Assembly (NCBI GenBank): GCA_049322655.1
Contig: JBMORP010000006.1
Location: 576,410 to 640,409, forward strand
Source: Patescibacteria group bacterium
Lineage (GTDB): Bacteria > Patescibacteriota > Microgenomatia > UBA1400 > PJMF01
Reading direction: 5' to 3'
DNA length: 64,000 bases
Shown here piece after piece: positions 45,796 to 53,712 of this stretch (its first letter is position 1; the number at the start of each line of letters is the position of its first letter). Below the pieces are notes generated by a model. The model searched no databases. It saw nothing but the letters and a program-made list of their open reading frames with translations, and was not told the DNA's origin. The translations under genes and the position numbers were made by a program.

Positions 45796-47196
45796 GTGGT
45801 AAAAAAACATTCTCGATTTATTTGTCAGCAGTGTGAAGCAGACTTTCCCAAGTGGCAAGGCCAGTGTAGTAGTTGTGGAGCTTGGAATACTTTAGTCGAA
45901 GAGTTGATTGAGTCAAAAACCAGTGTTAACAAAACTGTTTTTAAAGATCCAGAAGAAATTATCACCTATTTTCCAGATGTAGAGTTAGTAGAAACTACCA
46001 AAAACAGGTTTTCTACCACCATGGTGGAGTTAGATCGGGTGTTGGGCGGTGGTTTGGTTCCTGGAATGGTAACTTTGGTGGGAGGAGAACCCGGAATTGG
46101 TAAATCAACTTTGTTGACCCAAGTAGTAGTCGGTCTTCTCCTAACTCCCGAAAGAAATGACTTTTCTGATAAAGAAATAATCTATGTTTCTGGAGAAGAA
46201 AGCCCAGCACAAATATCAATTAGAATCAATCGTTTTTTGGAAAAAGAACAAAAAAATAGCTCAGTTAAAAAATCAACTAGTGACCCGAAACAAAAATTAG
46301 CTAAATTGCTTTTTGTGGGTAGTACTCAAGCCGAAGAGATTGTTAATTTAATTGTGAAAAGAAAACCTAGATTGGTAATTATTGATAGTATCCAGACTAT
46401 TACCAGTGGTGAGTTAACTGGAGCTGGAGGTAGCATTGGTCAACTTAGAGAATCAACCGAGAAAATAACCCAAATCGCGAAGGCTTTTCATATTCCTGTT
46501 TTTTTTATCGGTCATGTAACTAAAGATGGGGTAATTGCCGGACCAAAAGTTCTTGAGCATATTGTTGATGCAGTTTTAGAAATTAGTGGTGAAAGATCAA
46601 GCCAATTGAGATTAGTTAGAGCGCTTAAAAATAGATTCGGGGCAACAGATGAAGTCGGCGTATTTCAGCATGACGAATATGGTTTATCAGAGGTAACTAA
46701 TCCTAGTGAGTTGTTTTTGGAACAGGTTGAAGTGGATGTGCCTGGAAGTGCTACCATTTGTGTGATGGAAGGGACAAGGCCATTATTGGTTGAAGTTCAA
46801 GCTTTGGTTAATTACTCTCAACTAGCTATGCCACGAAGAGTGGGGCGAGGGATAGAACTCTCCAGAATTCAAGTTTTGGCTGCAGTTTTGCAGAAACACG
46901 CCAAATTACCTCTAGACTCTAATGATATTTTTCTTAATGCCGCTGGTGGGTTTACCATCAAAGAACCTGCAGTAGATCTGGGTTTGGCGGTGGCAATTGC
47001 TAGCTCTTTGAAGAATAAAAAAGTACCTCAAAAAACCATTTTTATTGGTGAGATAGGTCTTTTGGGAGAGATAAGAAAAGTGCCTTTTTTGGATAAAAGA
47101 AAAAAAGAAGCCAAGAGATTAGGTTTTACTAAGATATTTTCTAGGGAAACTCATGCTTCTGTAAGAGAAGTTTTGGCAGAGTTGAATTTAATTTAA
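45796..47196 (+). CDS. radA: DNA repair protein RadA (Sms)
   Basis: N-terminal C4 zinc finger CQQCEADFPKWQGQCSSCGAW, Walker A GGEPGIGKSTLL, C-terminal Lon-like domain. Confidence 0.9.
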   Translation: MVKKHSRFICQQCEADFPKWQGQCSSCGAWNTLVEELIESKTSVNKTVFKDPEEIITYFPDVELVETTKNRFSTTMVELDRVLGGGLVPGMVTLVGGEPGIGKSTLLTQVVVGLLLTPERNDFSDKEIIYVSGEESPAQISIRINRFLEKEQKNSSVKKSTSDPKQKLAKLLFVGSTQAEEIVNLIVKRKPRLVIIDSIQTITSGELTGAGGSIGQLRESTEKITQIAKAFHIPVFFIGHVTKDGVIAGPKVLEHIVDAVLEISGERSSQLRLVRALKNRFGATDEVGVFQHDEYGLSEVTNPSELFLEQVEVDVPGSATICVMEGTRPLLVEVQALVNYSQLAMPRRVGRGIELSRIQVLAAVLQKHAKLPLDSNDIFLNAAGGFTIKEPAVDLGLAVAIASSLKNKKVPQKTIFIGEIGLLGEIRKVPFLDKRKKEAKRLGFTKIFSRETHASVREVLAELNLI

Positions 47197-47206
47197 ATAC
47201 CTCAAT

Positions 47207-47253
47207 TTGTCAGTTTAACCTGAGACGCTCACCCACGGGGTGAAGGGGCGGAG
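47207..47253 (+). repeat. copy 3 of the conserved G-rich intergenic motif
   Basis: TTGTCAGTTTAACCTGAGACGCTCACCCACGGGGTGAAGGGGCGGAG. Confidence 0.6.
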
Positions 47254-47260
47254 TAGATTT

Positions 47261-49474
47261 TTATTGTCTTTTTTTGGAGTATCTCTCTCGGCTAACTTTA
47301 ATTACTTTATCTTTATTTTGGTTGCTGCTTTTGGCTAAGCCCAAAGTTCTAGCTGGGAAAGGTTTACTAATTACGTTATCAATAGAGATGCGGTTAATAA
47401 TTTGGTATTTTTCTAGGGAAACTAGTTCCTCTGGGGTGTAGTGTTCACCAAACTCTCGGCTAAAAACTTGGGCGTCTTCTGAACCCATGACAAAACTAGC
47501 CGTACTTCCACAGTTACCAAAAATAGCTTTTTGTACTTCTTCTGGTATTTGGGCAATGTATTGGTTGGCCAAAGTAAGGTTGAGTCTATATTTTCTAGCC
47601 TCTGACAAAATCTTGATAAAAGCTTCAGTGGCAAAATTTTGAAACTCATCAACATAAAGGTAAAAATCTCGACGCTGTTCTTCTTGAATTTGAACTCTAG
47701 TCATGGCTGCTAGTTGAATCTTGGTAATCATCATCGCACCCAAGAGAGTAGCATTATCTTCACCCAATTTTCCTTGAGAAAGATTGACCAATAAAATCTT
47801 GCCTTCATTCATAATGTCTTCAATACTAAAAGAGCTTTTATGAGCATTGACCACGTTACGAATCAACGGAGAAGAAGTAAACTGACCAACTTTATTGAGA
47901 ATTGAGGCAATTGATTCGGTTCTCAATCTATCTTGCATCTTGTTATATTCATCCACCCAGTAACTTTTCAGAATTGGATCTTCTAGGTTTTCAACGTATC
48001 TATCTCTAAATTTTTTATTAGTTAACAGTTCCAAAATGTCAGATAGTCTGGCATTTTCACTAGTCAATAGTGTAAGCAAGGCATTTCTTAAGATATATTC
48101 AAGACGAGGACCCCAAGAATAGCCATAAAGTTTTTGAAAAATCGAGATAATACCAGAAGCGATTAGCTCTCGATGGACGACGTTTTTACCTTCAAAAAGA
48201 TTGATTTGCACTGTTCTTTCTGGATCACTTGGGTCAAAATAGATAACATCGTTAATTCTTCTAGATGGAATGTAGTTAAGTAAGGTCTCGACTAGGTCTC
48301 CATGAGGATCAATAACACACATTCCCTCATTGTTTTTTAAGTCATTAATAGCCATGTTGGCCAGCAGGGTGGATTTACCAGTTCCGGTTTTACCAATCAC
48401 ATACATGTGTCTGCGACGATCTGCTCGTTTGAGGCCATATTTAACAGCCTTATTTTTATAAGTAGTTTCAGCAAACACATTAGTGCTGTTTTTAAGTTCT
48501 GGGTCAGTGTCTCTGGTAATAATTGGTAAATTTTCTGGTGGCTCACCAAGTAGATTTTTACCCCAGGCAATATTAGGAATAACCTCCAAGTTTTTGTTGG
48601 GGAGGTGATAGAGGGTGGCTAGTTCATCAAGAGTTAAATGAACTTTTTTAGATCTAAAAAATGAGCGGGCTTGCATCATTTTCAAGAAATGCTCTTTGAA
48701 AAAATAGTTTTTGCGTAAAACTAAAGTATTACCTTCACTTTTTGAAATCGAGTTATACGTGGCAGCCAGTGTTTCTAAAATCAAGTCGCTTCTTTGGGCG
48801 GAGTCTGTTCTAACTGCCAGTTTAATACCTACTTTTAAGGCTTCTTTTTTTAGCTTTTCTTCAATCAAAGCTTTTTGTCGGTGATAACCACTGGTCGCAT
48901 CATCGATAGATTTACCCTGAATTTCTCGCCAACCTTTGTTTTTCCAGTTATCTGTATCTGGTGAAACTAAGTACTGAAGGTGAACAATGTCACTTGGTTG
49001 GCTTTTTGATAGACTGGCCAAGAGAGAAGCAAGTGGATCAACATTTTTAAAATCCAAGTAGGTTTTCATTGGTAAATATTCTGCATTAGTCAAACCAAGA
49101 CTACCAGTTTTGACAAAGGAAGGGGTAATTAACTTGCCGTTTAGGTCGAAAAAATCGACAATGGGGTCTTCTGGATTCTCTGTAATTAAAGCTTCTGGGT
49201 AGCTGGCAATAATTGCTCCTCTGACATATTCCATTAATCTAACGGGCAAATACATTAGAAACTTAATTGTTTGATCCCTGACAAATATTTCTAGACTAAA
49301 TGACTCATTTTTACTAATTAGTTGGTAAAAAATATTATTATGTAGTTTGGGTAGAGTAGAAAGAAATTGAACCGCTGTCTCTGGGGTGTGTTCGGCATCT
49401 CTACCTGTTCTAATTTCTAAAATAGTATGTGGAGTCATAATGATAATTTCCATTATATACAGATATCTGTTCAA
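47261..49474 (-). CDS. TraD/VirD4-like (FtsK/HerA superfamily) ATPase, candidate type IV coupling protein; exact start uncertain (ATGs at 49474, 49453, 49438)
   Basis: Walker A YVIGKTGTGKSTLLANMAIND followed by VIDPHGDL, and Walker B YLYVDEFQNFAT ~190 aa downstream, as in conjugative coupling proteins. Confidence 0.5.
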   Translation of the reverse strand: MNRYLYIMEIIIMTPHTILEIRTGRDAEHTPETAVQFLSTLPKLHNNIFYQLISKNESFSLEIFVRDQTIKFLMYLPVRLMEYVRGAIIASYPEALITENPEDPIVDFFDLNGKLITPSFVKTGSLGLTNAEYLPMKTYLDFKNVDPLASLLASLSKSQPSDIVHLQYLVSPDTDNWKNKGWREIQGKSIDDATSGYHRQKALIEEKLKKEALKVGIKLAVRTDSAQRSDLILETLAATYNSISKSEGNTLVLRKNYFFKEHFLKMMQARSFFRSKKVHLTLDELATLYHLPNKNLEVIPNIAWGKNLLGEPPENLPIITRDTDPELKNSTNVFAETTYKNKAVKYGLKRADRRRHMYVIGKTGTGKSTLLANMAINDLKNNEGMCVIDPHGDLVETLLNYIPSRRINDVIYFDPSDPERTVQINLFEGKNVVHRELIASGIISIFQKLYGYSWGPRLEYILRNALLTLLTSENARLSDILELLTNKKFRDRYVENLEDPILKSYWVDEYNKMQDRLRTESIASILNKVGQFTSSPLIRNVVNAHKSSFSIEDIMNEGKILLVNLSQGKLGEDNATLLGAMMITKIQLAAMTRVQIQEEQRRDFYLYVDEFQNFATEAFIKILSEARKYRLNLTLANQYIAQIPEEVQKAIFGNCGSTASFVMGSEDAQVFSREFGEHYTPEELVSLEKYQIINRISIDNVISKPFPARTLGLAKSSNQNKDKVIKVSRERYSKKRQ

Positions 49475-49494
49475 GGTGGAGAGAGAAGACTTGA

Positions 49495-49785
49495 CTAAAA
49501 TTCTTCTAATGGAACAACTGTTGTGCCAGCAACATGGTGAATTTCATTCATGATTTTGGCAAACATGATAGCTCTCAAACTGTTTGCTCCGGCAAATAAA
49601 CCAATAGTAGTGGCCTGGTCAAACATTTTTTCAGCAGTTGCCTTGTTTTCGTTAAGGGTGATAGGAGCTAATTCATTTTCTCCCAGCAGATCAATCACTA
49701 GTAAAGAAAAAACTCCATTTTCTAATAGTAGTTGTAGTTGAGTAGTTTCATTAGCATTTTCAGTTTTGATGATTTCTTTAGTCAT
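49495..49785 (-). CDS. hypothetical small protein
   Basis: 96-aa ORF; a TATAAT box lies ~14 nt upstream of its ATG on the minus strand. Confidence 0.35.
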   Translation of the reverse strand: MTKEIIKTENANETTQLQLLLENGVFSLLVIDLLGENELAPITLNENKATAEKMFDQATTIGLFAGANSLRAIMFAKIMNEIHHVAGTTVVPLEEF

Positions 49786-50385
49786 ATTAAAGAAGATTAT
49801 AGCTTATTTTAGTTTTTACACCAGTTTCCCCCAATCATGTTTTTAATGTAGATAACTTTTTAAATTAGTCTGGTTTTGTTTTAAAAAATATTATATAAGA
49901 TATCTAAAAAAATAAGTATTTATTATTATAAGATGCAAAAATTTGACAAAATGGTCCCAAAAGAGTTATAGTAAATTTGTTTTAAAAATAATAAGTAAAA
50001 GAAGCCGGTTTTTCACTGAAGGACTGAATAATTTAGTGATTCACAGGTTGGAAGATTCTTTGAAAAGTTGTTTTTAAGGCATTAAAAATGGAAGAATAAA
50101 TTCTCTAACAATTTTCCTCAAGATGGAAAACTAGAGATAAAAAAATCCACCGCAATTTGTAGATTCCAGAACATGGCAGGCAGAACTACAAACACGGTGG
50201 ATAAGGGTGCAAGATTACCGCTGGAAGACCACGAATAATATTGCTCTTTGATTCTCACTTGCCATTACGGTTTGTGAGAGTTGATCTGAACATAGCATTT
50301 TCGTCGGGTGGGGTAAACTAGATATTAATAATTGTTAATGTTCATTACTATATATTAATGTTCAGTCTTGCTGTATAATACGGGT

Positions 50386-50463
50386 TAGATTCGTGAAAGC
50401 GTTAAGTTGAAGTTCGGTTGGTTGGGCAGGCTACCGAACTTCAGCTTAGCGCTTTTTTTATTT
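50386..50463 (+). ncRNA. candidate small RNA: extended -10 promoter (TGcTGTATAAT 50369-50379) followed ~25 nt later by a 20-bp hairpin and a T-tract
   Basis: Stem GCGTTAAGTTGAAGTTCGGT (50399-50418) / ACCGAACTTCAGCTTAGCGC (50433-50452) with 2 mismatches, then TTTTTTTATTT. No ORF. A TTAATGTTCA direct repeat sits upstream (50355-50364 and 50347-50356 region). Confidence 0.3.
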
Positions 50464-50587
50464 GCCAAATAATTCCCAAAACGTCCTTATAACTTGTATA
50501 TTTTGATGCTTTTTGCTATAATTTGTAGGATTTGAGTCGTTTTCAAAGATTTTTGCAATCTCTAGAAAAAACTCAAGTTTTAGTTCT

Positions 50588-51010
50588 TTAACATGGGGAA
50601 AAACTTATTTTCTTAAGATTTTATTTTTTGGTTTTCTAGTGGATAACCCAGATTTAGAGATGGTGTCTTTAGATCTGGGTTATTCTGACTCTAGCAATGG
50701 AGGAGGAAGCCTAAATTTAATGTTCGTAAGGAGATAAGCATGGATTACGACAAAAAGTTTGAACGATGGTTGACGAGCGGAGTGAACTCAATTCCTCAGC
50801 TCAGGCGCAAAATTAAGCGACACCTCAGAAACACTCGCAATTCTGACTATCGGGCAATCATGAAACGATTGACCTGGGATGAGGAATATGCTGAGGACTT
50901 TCTTGGTTTAGCAAAATAGCGCCACCAACAAAATGAAGTATCTCCAAAGATGGAGGTGCGGGTTTGCCCGCACCTCCAATCTCCTGGCTAAAAACCAGGC
51001 CCCATGTTAA
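50588..51010 (+). mobile_element. inverted-repeat-bounded cassette-like unit 1 (423 bp) carrying a 59-aa basic ORF
   Basis: Perfect 11-bp terminal inverted repeats TTAACATGGGG (50588-50598) / CCCCATGTTAA (51000-51010); internal 13-bp-arm palindrome 50641-50685; GC-rich hairpin GGAGGTGCGGG-ttt-GCCCGCACCTCC 50951-50978. Confidence 0.45.
50740..50919 (+). CDS. small basic protein (59 aa) inside cassette unit 1
   Basis: AAGGAG SD 5 nt upstream of the ATG. Translation is MDYDKKFERWLTSGVNSIPQLRRKIKRHLRNTRNSDYRAIMKRLTWDEEYAEDFLGLAK. Just under the ORF-track size cutoff. Confidence 0.4.
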   Translation: MDYDKKFERWLTSGVNSIPQLRRKIKRHLRNTRNSDYRAIMKRLTWDEEYAEDFLGLAK

Positions 51011-51150
51011 TTTTTAAACCTGAATTAAACTAATTTTAGGCTCATATATTTTCTTATTTGACATATTGTGATATAATATGAATCTGTTAAATTTCTTCAA
51101 TTTGTATTTGCTACAAATTAACAAGATTTTTAACAACTAATTTTTGCTCG

Positions 51151-51728
51151 TTAACATGGGAAAATAGTTTTTAGGATACTTTTTGAATTGTTGTTAATAT
51201 TTGTATTTTTTAGATAGTCCCGGTTTGAAGAACTAAGTTCTTTTGACCGGGATTATCTATGAGCCTCTGCGTCAGCAGGGGAATATAGATGTCTACACTA
51301 TTTCAAGGAGTTCCCTGTGAACAATAAAGTTGATTACCGCTCTTTCATGAGCAACCTGCTCGATGGCGTCGAAACCGTCGAAGGACTGCGCGCCAAGGTC
51401 CGCCCGATGCTCGAAGACCGCAAGTCGGCTGACTACGTCAAGCCCGGCACCGAATGCACCTGTGATTGTGGTCGCGACCTCCGCGCCCACCTTCAGGACA
51501 TCCTGGACAATGATGACTTCGCTCAGCATCTGGTCGTCGGCCTGTCGTTGGCTGACCTTCTCGGCATGCTGGGGCTGTCCGCCTCTGGGCCTGGCCCGGA
51601 GACCATCATGACCGGCGTCATCATCATCGGCGACGAAGAAGACTAACCAACAACGCAGGCACAACCAACATGGCGCACGGGCTTGCCCGTGCGCCATCCT
51701 TGATGTTCACTAACTATTCCCATGTTAA
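51151..51728 (+). mobile_element. inverted-repeat-bounded cassette-like unit 2 (578 bp) carrying a high-GC 109-aa ORF
   Basis: Terminal inverted repeats (CG)TTAACATGGG 51151-51160 / CCCATGTTAA(CG) 51719-51728; internal palindrome TAGATAGTCCCGGT...ACCGGGATTATCTA 51211-51259; hairpin ATGGCGCACGGGC..GCCCGTGCGCCAT 51670-51697. The layout is collinear with unit 1. Confidence 0.45.
51317..51646 (+). CDS. hypothetical acidic protein (109 aa) with high-GC, GC3-biased codon usage, probably horizontally acquired
   Basis: GTG start with AAGGAG SD 6 nt upstream. Third codon positions are almost all G/C (GTC GAA ACC GTC GAA GGA CTG CGC GCC AAG GTC CGC CCG ...), unlike every other gene in the window. The overlapping ORFs 51293-51697(-) and 51363-51611(+) are high-GC artefacts. 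Confidence 0.5.
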   Translation: MNNKVDYRSFMSNLLDGVETVEGLRAKVRPMLEDRKSADYVKPGTECTCDCGRDLRAHLQDILDNDDFAQHLVVGLSLADLLGMLGLSASGPGPETIMTGVIIIGDEED

Positions 51729-51782
51729 CGACATCTACATATTTTGTAGTTTAAATTTCCCATTTTTTTATCCTATAACATT

Positions 51783-51817
51783 GACAAAACTGATGTTTTT
51801 TGTTATAATAACAGATC
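51783..51817 (+). promoter_or_regulatory. sigma70-like promoter for the sortase gene (near-leaderless transcript)
   Basis: TTGACA - 17 nt - TATAAT with a perfect consensus; the ATG at 51821 lies only 11 nt after the -10 box and there is no SD. Confidence 0.5.
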
Positions 51818-51820
51818 ATT

Positions 51821-52669
51821 ATGCAAGCTAATAACCAGACTAAATCAGCCAATTTTAGCCTTAAATCACTCAAAAGAGTGTTGGTTGGTGATGCTGGTTG
51901 GACTGATGGGCAAAAAGCTCAGCGCTTGCTTCAGCAAAAACAAAATAAAAGCCAAAAGAGACAAGCTCCTCAACGAGTAAATATTTTCAAGGCTTTTCTC
52001 AAAGCTGTGTTAAATTTATTGATTATTTTAAGTTTTGGTGGCTTAGTTTTTTGGCAAGGGCCAAAGCTCTTTTATACTATTTTTCCTCAAGAATCAGCCA
52101 ACCAACTAGTTCAAGCTGAGGAACTAACTGGTAACTTTGCCTTAGATTTTAGTATCTTGGACGAAGAAGCTACCAAAAGAAAAGTTTTACCTTCTCAAAG
52201 AAGCTACAAACCTGCTTATAATCCTGATTTGCCAGCTGGCAATTGGTTGATTATTCCTCGAATTGGAGTGAGATCAGAATTACAAAGAACCGAAAACTAT
52301 GAAGAGGCTTTACAGGTTGGTCTCTGGTGGGTACCAGATTTTGGTGAAGTAGGTGATCGATCTAAACCAATGATTGTCGCTGGCCATCGTTATGGTTTTG
52401 ACTGGTGGTGGAAAGATGATTATTGGAAATACCACTCTTTTTACTCTTTGCCAGACTTAGAACCAGGGGATAGAATTGAGATAATTGCTGATCAACGTAA
52501 ATGGATTTATGAGATTTATGCTGGTGAAGAAGGTGAGCAAATCACTGATTACCAGGCAGATTTAATTCTTTATACCTGCAAACATTTGGATTCACCAATT
52601 AGAATCTTTCGTTATGCTAAGTTGGTTGAGATCAAAGAAGAAAGTGCCCTGGGTATTTTGAGTAAATAA
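51821..52669 (+). CDS. sortase-family transpeptidase (membrane-anchored)
   Basis: N-terminal TM anchor; catalytic-core motifs LIIPRIGV, AGHRYG (His), LILYTCK (TLxTC Cys) and a downstream Arg (RIFRYAK). Confidence 0.65.
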   Translation: MQANNQTKSANFSLKSLKRVLVGDAGWTDGQKAQRLLQQKQNKSQKRQAPQRVNIFKAFLKAVLNLLIILSFGGLVFWQGPKLFYTIFPQESANQLVQAEELTGNFALDFSILDEEATKRKVLPSQRSYKPAYNPDLPAGNWLIIPRIGVRSELQRTENYEEALQVGLWWVPDFGEVGDRSKPMIVAGHRYGFDWWWKDDYWKYHSFYSLPDLEPGDRIEIIADQRKWIYEIYAGEEGEQITDYQADLILYTCKHLDSPIRIFRYAKLVEIKEESALGILSK

Positions 52670-52808
52670 ACCAATCTTAGCTTGGAAACAACAATTTTTG
52701 GTTTATTTAATGTAAATGTAAGAAGGTTAAATTTTATACAGCTTTGCTCTGTTTTTGTAAGGTATAATACTAAGCTTCTTTCTTATTTTAAAAAGGTAGA
52801 AAAAACTT

Positions 52809-53543
52809 ATGAAAAATCAAGTAAAACTAGCTGCATTTGATGTTGATGGAACACTGAGTACTGGGGTTTTATCGTTGGCTTTTCTTGAAGAACTAGTTAA
52901 AAGAGGTTTGTTTAGTAAACAATTTTTTAACAAACTTCATGGCCTTGAAGTTGATTATGCTCAAGGAAAACTAGAGAGAGAAGAAATGTCTGAGTTATGG
53001 CTACAAAACTATTTGCAAGCCATGAAAGGCAATGATCCAGAGCAATATATCAAAACAGCGGCAGAGGTTTGGGAAAGAGCGAAAGATAATACTTTTGCCT
53101 TTGTCCAACCAATGTTGACTCAGTTAACCGAAAAAGGTTACACCACCCTAGTGATTAGTGCTAGCCCAGATGAAATTGTGAGGTTTTTTTGTGCAGCGCA
53201 TAACTTTACGCCAGACAGATTTAGAGCTACTAAGGTTAAGGTTGATGAATTTGGTAGGTATACTGATCAAACAGAGATTATCTTGGCTTTGGCTAAGCAC
53301 AAGCTAGACCAACTTCACGGTTTGGCGGAAAACTTATATCCTGAACAAACCATTGATTGGCAAAGCTCATTGGCGATGGGAGACTCTTATTCTGATTTGG
53401 AAATGTTAAGAGCGATTGGTAAACCAGTAGTGATGAAGGAATCAACTAGGGAACCAAATGAACTAGTGAAAATCGCTGAAGAGAACAACTGGACAGTGGT
53501 TGATGAAAACACTGCACTTGAGAAAATTCTGGCTTTAGTCTAA
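52809..53543 (+). CDS. HAD-superfamily hydrolase (HAD-IB / phosphoserine-phosphatase-like)
   Basis: Motif I AAFDVDGTL at the N-terminus and a C-terminal GDSYSDLEM (motif IV-like). Confidence 0.6.
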   Translation: MKNQVKLAAFDVDGTLSTGVLSLAFLEELVKRGLFSKQFFNKLHGLEVDYAQGKLEREEMSELWLQNYLQAMKGNDPEQYIKTAAEVWERAKDNTFAFVQPMLTQLTEKGYTTLVISASPDEIVRFFCAAHNFTPDRFRATKVKVDEFGRYTDQTEIILALAKHKLDQLHGLAENLYPEQTIDWQSSLAMGDSYSDLEMLRAIGKPVVMKESTREPNELVKIAEENNWTVVDENTALEKILALV

Positions 53544-53550
53544 AGCTTTT

Positions 53551-53579
53551 TTGACAAAAAAGAGCTTCTTTGCCATAAT
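53551..53579 (+). promoter_or_regulatory. sigma70-like promoter upstream of rho, giving a long (~130 nt) leader
   Basis: TTGACA (53551-53556) - 17 nt - CATAAT (53574-53579). Confidence 0.45.
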
Positions 53580-53712
53580 ACCGTAATTCTCATTTGGTTT
53601 TATCTATTTTTAGATAGCTAAGGCAGAAAGAACTTCCCAAATTTTTTGAAGTTATCATGATCCAGTTATTATTTTTTGTCATAAGTAAATAAAGAAAGGA
53701 AACAGACGCTGT

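Noticed and set aside
47207-47253. The G-rich repeated motif as an ordinary rho-independent terminator
   Set aside because: The motif has no self-complementary stem (CCCAC / GGGG runs are on the same strand) and no T-tract. Where terminators exist (57582-57612) they are separate hairpins next to the motif.
51293-51697. Minus-strand 134-aa ORF and plus-strand 82-aa ORF (51363-51611) in the high-GC island
   Set aside because: High GC suppresses stop codons in all frames. Only the 51317-51646 frame shows G/C-biased third positions and a Shine-Dalgarno, so the other two are treated as compositional artefacts.
50588-51728. Interpretation of the inverted-repeat-bounded units as integron cassettes (attC sites)
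   Set aside because: The inverted repeats bracket whole ORFs 400-570 bp apart instead of forming a 57-141-bp attC hairpin after each ORF. The 140-bp spacer between units shows no L'/L'' box pairing. No intI-like gene is in the window. The resemblance is limited to the GTTAAC-like core.
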